A stretch of 63,538 nucleotides of DNA, counting the filler, from Octopus bimaculoides (lineage: Eukaryota), in assembly GCF_001194135.2 (NCBI RefSeq). It is 5 parts of 5 records of this genome, joined end to end, with 100 filler letters (N's around TTAATTAATTAA, not from the genome) between each part and the next. Parts side by side here need not be neighbours in the genome. Positions count along the whole stretch, not along the records: positions 48,857 to 56,872 come from NC_068983.1; positions 56,973 to 61,458 come from NC_069008.1; positions 61,559 to 63,538 come from NC_068984.1; 2 more parts are not named here. One strand, given 5' to 3'. Below the pieces are notes generated by a model. It saw only the letters and a program-made list of their open reading frames with translations, did not search any database and had not been told where the DNA came from. This document shows positions 52,096-63,538 of the stretch, piece after piece (the stretch's first letter is position 1; every line of letters begins with the position of its first letter). The translations under genes were made by a program, and so were the position numbers.

Positions 52096-55000
52096 CAAAA
52101 GCTACGGAAAAGCCATAGAAAGTGAATCGGTGGCAAATACTTATCATATTGCTGCAGTTTACGCCATATTTTCTTTTAGAAATACCGATTAAATACTTAA
52201 GCTGTATCTTCGAAAACAATTGCGCCTAATGATTTGTTGAAGAAGGACTTTAGCAAAGAACAACATATAAGGTATATTTTGTACTATTCAGAATATTTTA
52301 GTTTTTGTTGACCACATATTTATTGCTTATTGGGAAGGGCTGCTCTTTTATCTCTGCCTTTATTTTGAACCTTTTATTGTATATGATTAATTATGAAAGA
52401 AAGCAAAGCACAAGAGTTTGTTAAACAATTATTCTATCTGTGAATATACATGCGAACTCATATCTATGTGCATTTAGTATCAATGTCAAATTATTTTCCA
52501 TACATGAAACATAATATATTTCTCTATATTATTTCATACCAGAAGTTTAGATTGGAAATCGCACAGACTTGTTACGGTTCATCAGTACTAAGTTTTATAA
52601 CTCTAGCTCCGAAATAATACTTATTGAAAATATAAATAAGAACGTACGTTTCACAATTGATTTATGTGAATGTTTAAAGTTAATATGGCGATGCCCTCGT
52701 TAAGGCCCCGGGGTAAAATAAATGTCTTGTGGCATTTGATCCAAGTATTTGCTCTTCATTTTCAAATCCCACCAATAACAACATTGTTACTTGCCCTTTC
52801 GGAGTCGATAAATCGCTCCAATCCAGTACTGGGATTGATTCTTTTCTAATTCTCACCTTTTCCTCTGAGAGAATTTAGCTATGGTCAGGCTTCGGGAAGA
52901 ATGAACTCTGCCATGTCTTAAGGTATAGAAGATATATTACACATCATCACACTACTACTACGATTCCATTAGGTGTTGAGAGCTCCTCGAAAGATGGAAA
53001 GCAGTACAATATTGGTAGCCTGACATGTATTACGCACAGACTTGAAAATATAAGTGTAGGAGTCCATTTATTCAATTAATCACTTGAAGGCGAGGGCCCA
53101 GCATGACCGCCGTGCACTGACAGGAGAAGAATAAAATAGGTACGTACAATCACACATTCATACACACGTGCGCACGCACACATATTTACATTGAAAGACA
53201 CACACACACACACACACTGAAATTTATTCTCCAGTCTGTATTTTTCTATCTACCGTTTTACTCTCTATTTTTTTTATTTACTATTTTATTTCTTATAAAC
53301 TGTAAATTTCCGTCTAGAACTTACATAATACTCCCTTTGTCTTTGATGATGGAATACTCAAAGTACGAACATGCTAGCCAATCACTTGGGATATCCCAGA
53401 AAGAGCTGTAAAACTTCAAATTCACCTTAGTAAATATTCTAAATGTCTTGTGATACTCGTTCTACCTTGGTTGTTGTTGTCTTTCTTCTCTCATATAATA
53501 AATACCCCGTAACTCGGAAGCCTAATACGAACCCCTAGCTCCAGCTTGAGCTGTGAACTTGGAACCCCTAACAGATGACCAATTATAGTATTTAGTCAGC
53601 GTACCTATTCGTTCAGATCACCGGTGAACTAAACCCCCTCATATTGTATATATATANNNNNNNNNNNNNNNNNNNNNNNNNNNNNNNNNNNNNNNNNNNN
53701 NNNNNNNNNNNNNNNNNNNNNNNNNNNNNNNNNNNNNNNNNNNNNNNNNNNNNNNNNNNNNNNNNNNNNNNNNNNNNNNNNNNNNNNNNNNNNNNNNNNN
53801 NNNNNNNNNNNNNNNNNNNNNNNNNNNNNNNNNNNNNNNNNNNNNNNNNNNNNNNNNNNNNNNNNNNNNNNNNNNNNNNNNNNNNNNNNNNNNNNNNNNN
53901 NNNNNNNNNNNNNNNNNNNNNNNNNNNNNNNNNNNNNNNNNNNNNNNNNNNNNNNNNNNNNNNNNNNNNNNNNNNNNNNNNNNNNNATACACATATATAT
54001 ATGACACATATGTATATATATAGACACAGACACAATTTGCTAGCGTTGTTATTCTTTCTGCTTTTTCATTAAAAAAAATATATTCATCCTTACTCGTTTG
54101 TTTGTATAGAATTTCTATTTTGGTTTTTAATATTCAAATTGGTATTCATAGATAAACGAGATAATAATTCATACATTAACTGTATAATATTTTTTTCCCC
54201 CAGATTTCCAACAGACAAGTAAACAAATAAATTCATTGAATCTTGCCAAATTATTCACTTTCTACGTGACTACACTGATACAAAATAAAGAGTGAGTATA
54301 AAACGATTCGTTTATCCCCCAATAGTAATATCACATTAAAACCTTTCGTTATGCTTGTATAACGATGGAAAGATTTTTAAGAGGAAAGTAACAATACAAT
54401 TAGAAGCAAAACGGACATTTTGGTTGAATACGTAATGTCGGTAATTATAGGTTGTGTACACACGAATACATACATACATACATACATACATGCATACATA
54501 CGTACGTCCATTCATACATACGTACATATATAAATACATATAAACATACATACAAATATATATATACATTCATATAAATACACGTACCAAATACATACAT
54601 TCATACACATATATATATATACATGCGTATATGTGTATACATTACACATATACATGTACACACATATTTGTATATGTATTCATGTGAGTAATTGTATGCG
54701 TGCGTTTATCTACATTACATTTACAGGCATACACACACACAAAGACACATATACATACAGGTGTGTGTGTGTGTGCGTGTGCGTTTTATATGAATATTTC
54801 AATGTACGTAAGCAAGTATTATTTTATTGGTAGTGACTTCGAAAGTTTCTCAGTCGTTGCTTATTCAGACATTCTATCATTTTATATATGTATGCATATG
54901 TATGTATTATATCATTATTTGTAATTTTTCATAGTTTCTGTCTCGTTATACGCATGTGATTTAATATTAATTATATGTATCATTTAGAATATTAATGATG

Positions 55001-56570
55001 TTTTTGGTGCCACTTGGGGAGTGTAGATATGAGAATTAGTTAAGCAAACACTACATATGTTTATATGTACAAACATGCATGTATGTACGTAAGTATTCAC
55101 GTGTGTATGTAAGCATATATCTATAGAATATTTTTTATAAAATATATGGAAAATGACATTTTGTTTAACTGTTATAAAACATAAACTTTACAATAGATTT
55201 CTCTGAGGAGACATTTTAAATATTATATTATGTCCAATCGATAGCAGGGAAGAATGAGTTTGCATACGTTTTACTTATAGAAATGCATCAGCAAAATTTT
55301 GTAGTTTAAATTTTATTCTAGCTAAAATACTGGTGTTTCTGTATTGTGAATGTTTGAAAATATTGTTATATATACGAAATTTATCGCTATTGTTTTGGTT
55401 GTGGTTAGTTGCACGTTCACCCTAGTCAAACTAGGATAATGGCATGACGATTTCCGTCCTTTTAGACGAATGTATTAGTTATATTAATATTATCACAGAC
55501 TACATTATTCGTTATATCTTTCAACTCGAGGCTCTCTCGAAAAAGTGATCCTAATACCGAAATACTGAAATACAAGTTTGAAGTACAAACCATCTGCTTG
55601 GCTCATGTCTTATTACAATATTTTGACTGGAAAAGACAAAAGAAACAAGTTATTTATCTATATTTTTCTCCTTTTGAAGACAGCAAAAGATGGTCTGCGA
55701 GGAAGTTAGCTGTTATTTCTATTTCGTGTGACCTTAAAAGGCACCTAAATGTTGAAAGTAATAAAGCGAACTATGTTTCACAACCAACTCAATAAGTTTA
55801 GTGCAATTAAATGGGAAATTTATATTAAAAAGTAACATATATTGAGAAAATATAACCTTGTATTGATTTTCTGTTTCAAAATGAATTTCTATTAAACATT
55901 AGCAAATTACTGATTTGTATAAAGACTGGTTGGTTACTTTGCACGGCATAACATCTGAGTGTGCTGGATTTAAATTAAATAGTATGAAAAGAGAAGAGTA
56001 ATTTAGCTAATATAACCGACATTACTGACATCACACAATTTTCTTTTCCTTTCATCTAATCACAAACGATTATTCCTGAAGGAAACCTTTAACCCCGTGG
56101 AAGGACATCTATTGAATCATCACTTTCTCTTTTCTCTGCTTGAGAACAAAATTATGTTTAACAAGCACGTTCCCCTAAGTCTAACAATGTATCTATCAAT
56201 GTTTTGTGTAATTCTTTGTGGACTTCCTTCCACCATTTTGCACTCTGTTCGTGAAGAGATTACTAGATTTGAAAGCAACACGAAATCATTAACATTTAGA
56301 TTGAATAAAGATTATAGATCTATGAATTAAATCTCTTTCAAAATGTTAATTTGCTAACATTAACCGTGCGGATTAATGGAAGATTTCTTCGCATGTTTAA
56401 AAATACTCTTATCAAATACACACATTAAAATTGGACGTCCATACTAAATAAGAATTACGTAGGCAGATAGTAGGAAATCAGTCTGAACTCTAAACTAATA
56501 TTCTTCATCACTTTCAAAGCAATTATATTTTACTTTTGAAGGCTGTTCAATTGCATCCATACTGAACTAA
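52096..56570 (+). pseudogene. AAA3-lid to AAA4 remnants (YAIFSFRN about 52165; exon 54204-54291 SLNLAKLF; EDSKRW 55677; ILCGLPSTILHSV about 56213; ILHH..LLLKAVQL about 56500)
   Basis: Order matches HYxFNLRD / RLWxHE / EDRxWF / pre-AAA4 HxxRIxRxL. Strong acceptors at 52095, 54203 and 55679; donor GA|gtgagt at 54292. Confidence 0.5.
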
Positions 56571-56972
56571 ATGGAGCTCAAGGCATCTGATTAAAGTTTA
56601 ATAAATTTGTAATTTCTAAAGTGTATTTATAATTCTCAAGAAGAAAAAAGAAGATAAGTTTTATTTCTCTCCGGTATAACTGACTGCATCGATTATTTTT
56701 GAAAATAGCTGTCATGAGGATATATCTGTTGTTATATTTTCTGAGATATTTTTGTTTAATAATTAACAAAAAAACATTATTAAATTTCGGTGTACTGTTT
56801 TGATTTGTAAACTGCGTACCAGCTTGAGCTAGTTACCTCTATATTAGACTGGGACTATCATGTATATATATANNNNNNNNNNNNNNNNNNNNNNNNNNNN
56901 NNNNNNNNNNNNNNNNTTAATTAATTAANNNNNNNNNNNNNNNNNNNNNNNNNNNNNNNNNNNNNNNNNNNN

Positions 56973-57012
<40 letters not shown>

Positions 57013-57019
<7 letters not shown>

Positions 57020-57225
57020 TTGTGTGTCTGTGTTTGTCCTCCCAACATCGCTTGACAACTGATGCTGGTGTGTTTATGTCCCCGTAATTTAGCGGTTCGG
57101 ATAAAGAGATTGATAGAATAAGTACTAACCTTGCAAAGAATAAGTCGTTGGGCTGATTTGTTTGACTAATGGCAGTGCCCCAGCATGGCCACAGTCAAAT
57201 GACTGAAACGAATAAAAGAATAAAA
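57013..57225 (+). mobile_element. SINE family A 3' half
   Basis: Consensus match. Other partial copies at 22385-22510, 28590-28735, 31078-31215, 46130-46280, 58055-58200, 60480-60790 and 63252-63480. Confidence 0.8.
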
Positions 57226-57435
57226 GGCCTATTTGCATGGAGTTAACATCCCATGAAGTGATATTTATCCTGTATTGCAGGTTTGTTTCATCAGTTTGTG
57301 TTTCAAATTATGATCTCTGAAGAAGTGAATGAACAGTGATGTTATTACATATGTTGCATGCATACATTGTATGTATTACATAACTTTATATGTGATACTG
57401 AATAAGTAGTGTTCATTTATAGAAACGATTGTAAT

Positions 57436-57674
57436 GTCGTCTTGCAAACGACTTGCACATACAAGTGCTACCAGTCAAAAGCTCCGTATACCAGAAGCGA
57501 GCAAGTGTATGGGGATCACTGGGAGAGAATGTAAAATATTATATAGCCATAACAGCTGATCTTACCAATTGATTTCACACTTTACTCCATAACTGTCATC
57601 TCTGAAGAATGCAGAGTTACATAATCAAACTGTTACCTAACATTCTGTTAAACCCCCTAGTGCGAAACCAGTTG
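57436..57674 (+). pseudogene. AAA4 C-terminal remnant (LQTTCTYKCYQSKAP..; LLHNCHL*RMQSYIIKLLPNILLNP)
   Basis: Resembles L-x-x-x-C-x-x-x-x-(F/Y)-x-x-W and the following H..Y..P segment. Donor TTG|gtaaaa. Confidence 0.45.
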
Positions 57675-58449
57675 GTAAAATCAACCTTAATGGATATATA
57701 ATACAATACACTTTGATTAATATATATATATATATATTCATATATATACAGTGTACATTTAAACACATAAGAGGTATCCATCATAGGATTCCCTCACACT
57801 AGAAAGAACAGCTAAGTTCCAAACCACTATTAGGTAGTAGAAATTTCTAATATTTCTATTTCCCTTCGATATTATTAATTATATATATNNNNNNNNNNNN
57901 NNNNNNNNNNNNNNNNNNNNNNNNNNNNNNNNNNNNNNNNNNNNNNNNNNNNNNNNNNNNNNNNNNNNNATATATATATATATATATAATACACACACAC
58001 ACATACACATACATAAACACACACACAGACACAGACACACACGCACACACAATATGGGCTTCTGTTAGTTTCCATTTACCAAACCCACTTGAATCAGTTT
58101 GGAGCTAAGTTACAATATTAGAAGACACTTGCCCAAGGTGCCACACAGAGGGACTGAACCTGAGTCATTTGGTTTGGAAACAGACTTATCAACCACGCAG
58201 TCATCCCTTCCTTGTAATTTCCTTATAAGACATCAATAATATATAAAGATTCCTTCATGATAGATCTATTATATTATGCGATTGATTATTTACTTAAAGA
58301 CTCTATCATATGTACTCTCTGAACTTCGTTATTGGATTAAGTGACTGAAAACTGATTAGTTAATTAACGAAGCAAATACCCGTGTGTACTTCCAATATGA
58401 AATCAAATTTCATCAAAGATATGTACTTAGTTTTTAATTATCGAAAAGT

Positions 58450-58660
58450 GGATGGTGGATAAGTAGAATGTTTTGTGGTACAACTCACAGCTCTTGACAT
58501 TCTGATTTCAAATCTTGACAGGGTCAACTTTACCTCTTTTCCCACCAGGGTCAGAAAAATATAAAACATGAGCCAAGTGCTGGTGGTTGATGCAATTAAC
58601 AAACCCAGCCCTTCTCCTTTTAATGTTGCTGGTTTTGTGCCTAAATTTCATCAAAGATAC
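58450..58660 (+). mobile_element. Old degenerate SINE (third tRNA-like family); similar remnant at about 52700-52940
   Basis: ttctgatttcaaatc..gggtcaacttt..gggtc..ttgatgcaat pattern, heavily decayed. Confidence 0.45.
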
Positions 58661-58746
58661 TTCATACTATTATTAATTATTAAGGGTACATTATTTACAT
58701 TATTTACATTGGATGGATATGTGTCCTCATCTTGTTTGTTGTTACC

Positions 58747-58787
58747 ACAACGTTTCGGTTGATTTACTCTCCAGCCTTCATCAGGTG
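58747..58787 (-). ncRNA. Penelope-type minimal hammerhead ribozyme motif
   Basis: Minus strand: CAC-CTGATGA-A-GGCTG..CAACC-GAAAC-GTT-GTG, with stem I CAC/GTG and palindromic ACGT. Confidence 0.65.
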
Positions 58788-59304
58788 TCCTGGTGGAAAT
58801 TTGAACCCAGCCCTGGGTTCTCGTTCCTGTGCTGGTGCTATGGAAAAAGCTCCCAGTACACTCTGTAAAGTGGTTGGTGTTAGGAAAGGCAGTCAGCCAT
58901 AGAAACCAGAGATGATACTGGAGCCCAATGCAGTCTTGTGACTCACTGGAACTTAGCAGCCCATTTCAGTTTGGAAAACAGGCTTTAGATTATGATAATG
59001 ACTCACACACACACACACACACATGCTCACATATATGTAGATGTGTGTGTGTGTAAGTATGTAAAGAAAATTCCTCACACATATTAGCCAAAGCCACTCA
59101 ACTATGAAATACCATTTACAATATGGTAATTAGTGCTGGTGCCACATAAAAAGGACCCAGTGCGGTGGTTGGCATTAGGAAAGGCATCTAGCTGCAGGAA
59201 CGAAACCAAAACAGATGACTGGAGCCTGGTGCAGCTCCTGGCCTCATCAGTGCCATGTGAAACCATCCAACCGATCCCAGCGTCAAAAACGGACGATAAA
59301 TGTT

Positions 59305-59522
59305 TGTGATTGATGATGACGATCAAATGATGATAATTGATGATGACGATGGAATGTTGCTGATTGATGATGACGATGAAATGTTGATGACTGATGATGT
59401 TCATGAAATGCTGATGATTGATGATGAAAATGAAATGCTGATGATTGATGATGACGAAATGTTGATGATTGATGATTGATGGTAATGATGAAATGTTGAT
59501 GATTGATGATTGATGATGAAAT
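59305..59522. repeat. About 27-bp minisatellite (tgatgatgacgatgaaatgttgatgat), about 8 copies
   Basis: Visible periodicity, contiguous with an RTE-type (GAT)n tail. Confidence 0.85.
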
Positions 59523-60208
59523 GGGCTCAGCCTTCTCCATGAATATATATCTTTCACTAGTTTTAGAGTTAAACTGGAAAGGGAACATCACAATCGATCC
59601 AGTTATAAATTTGAGTGAGGTTTCTCTGTCCATTACATTTTTATGTTCATTAACTCCTCCTAGACTGTTGGTACAAGGATAACAAAACTCAAACCAGCAA
59701 CCCCCTAATCCCAGGGAATGCCCTAAAGGAGGTCTACTTTTTTAAGAGTGGCCTAATTGGGGCCCCACTGGCTCCCCACTATTTTTACTGCATTTTAAAC
59801 TAAATACATGGCATTGGTGACCAAATCGGAGCTATGACAATGAATTTCATACCATGAACCTCCAGGGAATACTGCAGGGAGGTTCAATTTTTAAAGGGCC
59901 ACTTAAATGGTGCCCCACTGACCCCTCTCCCCATTTTTATTGCATTTACCTTGGTCCCATCCTTATTGGTTAAACTATGATCAGCATCAGAGCTTGGCAC
60001 ATTTGCAGAAATAGGTTTGGGAATTCTAAATACCTTCACATACCTTCAAATCAAGATAAAGAGTTCTAACAGGTACGTTTCAGGTGTGGCTGTGTGTATA
60101 TTTATATTTTGTAGTTTATGAAGCTTATGTCTAGTAACAATAAATATAAAACAACAAAATTAATTGGATATTTAAACATGCTCCCCCCACCACCACCACA
60201 ACAGCATA

Positions 60209-60264
<56 letters not shown>

Positions 60265-62546
60265 TCACTCACTCACTCACACACACACTCACATACATAC
60301 ACACACACATACATATCTATGGAAATCTCTAGCCTTGACCAAAGCAAATTTCACACCAATTAAAATTGTTCAACCGTGAAGATAAACATCTTGAAAAAAT
60401 CTATACACCCACTTCTAATTAACAAAACAAACTTGATTAAAGCAGAAAAACAAAACAGACTTAATTCAAAACTTACACAAATAACATGTACGGCAGGTTA
60501 AGAAGGTTGCTTTGCAACCATGTCGATTCAGGTTCATTCCCACCGTGCGGCACCTTGGGCAAATATTTTCTATGATGGTCCCAAGCTGATCAATGCCTAC
60601 ATGGGATAGCTGTATGGTATGAAGCTTGCTGCCCAACCACATGGTTTTGGGTGTGTGTCTTCTACTATAGCCTCAGGCCGACCAAATCCTTGTGGACATA
60701 GTAGAAAACACCTGCCCAAGCTGTCATGCAGTGGGACTGAACCCGGGACCATGTGGTTGGTAAGCAAGCTACTGACCACACAGCCACTCCTGTACCTATA
60801 TTTAATATATCAACCCCAGGTGTGTTTATTAGCACCACTGTCTTCATATCAGTTCACCTGGATATCTCTTAGAGCCAGTCTTTACCCCACAGATTTAATC
60901 CTCGATAAAGACCTCAAAATGAAAGTTCAAATCATTTGAGCCTGATTATCTACTTTCTATTTTGTGCATTTCTGAGTCTCACCTGTTGACTCCATATATT
61001 CTTCCATGTATTAAGTAATATATTTATACAGGTATATTTATGTTGTGTATATAACGAGGCCATAAACAAAATGTTTGGTCGTATTTTATCTTACTTAAGC
61101 TGTTTTTTATGATTCAAGTAATAAAAAAAGATTTTTAATTACTTTACTAATATTTATTAAGTTGTTGGCAAGCTCGGATTTTATAATCCTTTTTTCTCTC
61201 CCTTTGCCTCTTTCACTTTCTCTCTGTCTGTCTGTGTGTCTGTCTGTCTGTGTGTCTGTCTGTCTCTGTCTCTCTGTCTCTCTCTTTCTCTCTTTCTCCC
61301 TTCTTCAGTCCATGTATATAATGTTTCGGTTTCTCTTGTCCGTGACTCAGTCTCTTGATCTGTTTCTGCCTGTGTCTGTCAGTCTGTCTGTTTCTCTCTC
61401 TCTCTCTCTCTCCCTTATTCTCAGTGTGTACACACACACACATTTATATATATATATANNNNNNNNNNNNNNNNNNNNNNNNNNNNNNNNNNNNNNNNNN
61501 NNTTAATTAATTAANNNNNNNNNNNNNNNNNNNNNNNNNNNNNNNNNNNNNNNNNNNNGAGAGAGAGAGAGAGAGAGAATCAGAGATAGGGAGAGAGAGA
61601 GAGAGAGAATCAGAGATAGGGAGAGAGAGAGAGAAAGAAATCTAATAAACTTCAATTTATATTATTGCCAATCTAATAGCTTGAAGGACAAATGAAACAT
61701 TTGTATAGGTAATTGATTGTGAGGTTTTCTCCCACTATTCTGATAGCAAGAATAATGCAAAGATAAGCTGAAGGATTGAGAGAAGCAGGATTGACATCAT
61801 TGATTTGAGACGAACAAGTTAAGTCCTTGTTGAGATAAAACCCATTTTCTTTGCCATTCTTGTCTTTTACTTTGCATGTTGTTGTTATTTTATTTTTATT
61901 GCCTTTACTGCGACGACCTTATCCATTAGATTGTATTTGCACCTACTGAAAGGGTTTAATTTATTAAATATCCTAAGCTTAGCTTGATGGATTCTTTAAA
62001 TGAGCTTAGCTTATCAGATGGCAGCATGAAACTTACAAACTTCCAGGCTGTGAGTCTTGTTGAAGCGATGGCACTAGCTTGCAACCATATCAGAATAAGT
62101 GTTTGTTTGCATGTCAGCATGCATATATAACATTAAGCTATTAAGCTAGTCAAACCTATTACACAACTCCGCATCCATTCTTAGCAAGGCTCCGCTCTTA
62201 AAACATTGCACATTTATGTTGCACTTTTCTGAACTAGCATTCAAGTGCAGCTGTTGCAATTGCCATCCTTTTAAGCATAAACATCTATTTACAACGACTT
62301 GGGTATTAGCAAGGAGTGCATTTTCCCATGCAAAATGCACCAAATGAATTAATTAATTTTAATTTACTTTCTAGAATAATTTAGCCAAAGAAAATTGACT
62401 AGCATATGAATATAAAAAAAGGAAAGAATATTTTGAAATAAATGTCAAGATTTTTTTCAGAAAAAATAAAAGCTAAATCAAAATTAAAATGCGTAAACAA
62501 AACTGTCTTGATTCAAGATTGTTTCAAGATGCACACCTGCATATAA

Positions 62547-62741
62547 AGTAGCTCGTGTGTTGTAAAAGTTGCAGCAGAGTGTGAGAGTGGAGCCATTAAT
62601 AACAAGACTATTGCACAGATGACAAAGAATAAAGAAGAAAATAATGTAAAAGAAAGTTTGAAGAGAAGGACAAGCTTTCTTCTTGGTTCTTTCTTCTACA
62701 AATATTACAGCAATTTTTCATTTCAATAGGATTATTTTAGA
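62547..62741 (+). pseudogene. Microtubule-binding stalk remnant (AAECESGAINNKTIAQMTKNK..FLLG)
   Basis: Gapless 31-aa match to LNKNDITEIKSMKNPP..AVCILLG, with N2, I6, K13 and LLG at identical offsets. Confidence 0.6.
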
Positions 62742-63480
62742 TATTTGGATTCTGTGTTTCATTTTGGAATGGAAGCTGGAGGAGGAGGAGGAGGAGGGAA
62801 AGAAATGAAATGACGGAAGTATGATTTTAAAAAAGAAAAAACAAAAAAAAATTAAGATTAAAAGAAAAATTTGTGATAAAAAAAAATACAGTAACACGTA
62901 AAAAAAAGATAATTAAAAAAAAATGGAAAGAAATAAAGGAGGAAGGTGAAAGAGAGAAAGTATGATTAAAAGAATGAAAACAATGTAATGAATTATAAAC
63001 AAAGAATAAAAGAACCATGAAAGAGACACAAAGAAAGAAAGAAAGAAATAAGGAAAGAATGAAAACAACCAGAATTACGTAGCACATCATACGACATCAT
63101 TTAATTAATTCTAAATAATAATATTTTCTAGCCTGGTTTTGAAATATTTTCGGAATTATAACCGCTAAAGAGAATCTATTCATACAAAAACCAAATTACA
63201 GTACCGGCAAGAAATAATAGCCAAGTCCCTCTTAAATTACACTGTACTGTACTCTTTACTCTCTTTTACTCTTTTACCTGTTTCAGTCATTTGACTGTGG
63301 CCATGCTGGAGCACCACCTTCAGTCGAGCAAATCGACCCCCAGGACTTATTCTTTGTTAGCCTAGTACTTATTCTATCGGTCTCTTTTGCCGAACCGCTA
63401 GGTTACGGGGACGTAAACACAGCAACATTGGCTGTCAAGCGACAGTGGGGGTACAAATACAGACACACAAACATATACAT

Positions 63481-63523
<43 letters not shown>

Positions 63524-63538
63524 AATATATATATATAT

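Overview
AT-rich, microsatellite-dense animal DNA with many N gaps. The repeat repertoire looks like an octopod cephalopod, probably an Octopus assembly (inference). None of the ORF-track entries is an intact host gene: they are retroelement fragments, microsatellite translations, N-gap artefacts or pieces of the fossil below. Manual translation of the unique sequence between repeats reveals a colinear, plus-strand, intron-containing fossil of an axonemal dynein heavy chain, most like the DNAH14/DNAH6 group as I recall it. It spans about 2.9-62.7 kb in the order N-terminal stem, DHC_N2/linker, AAA1, AAA2, AAA3, AAA4, microtubule-binding stalk. It carries many in-frame stops, frameshifts and degenerate P-loops, yet keeps many good splice sites. 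The introns hold Tx1, RTE, R4-like and Penelope-like retroelement pieces, a solo LTR, several SINE families, long fold-back hairpins and three families of Penelope-type minimal hammerhead ribozyme motifs. CpG density rises sharply at about 49.2 kb. All protein matches are by-eye comparisons to remembered consensus motifs and need tBLASTn/HMM confirmation. Repeat boundaries are approximate.
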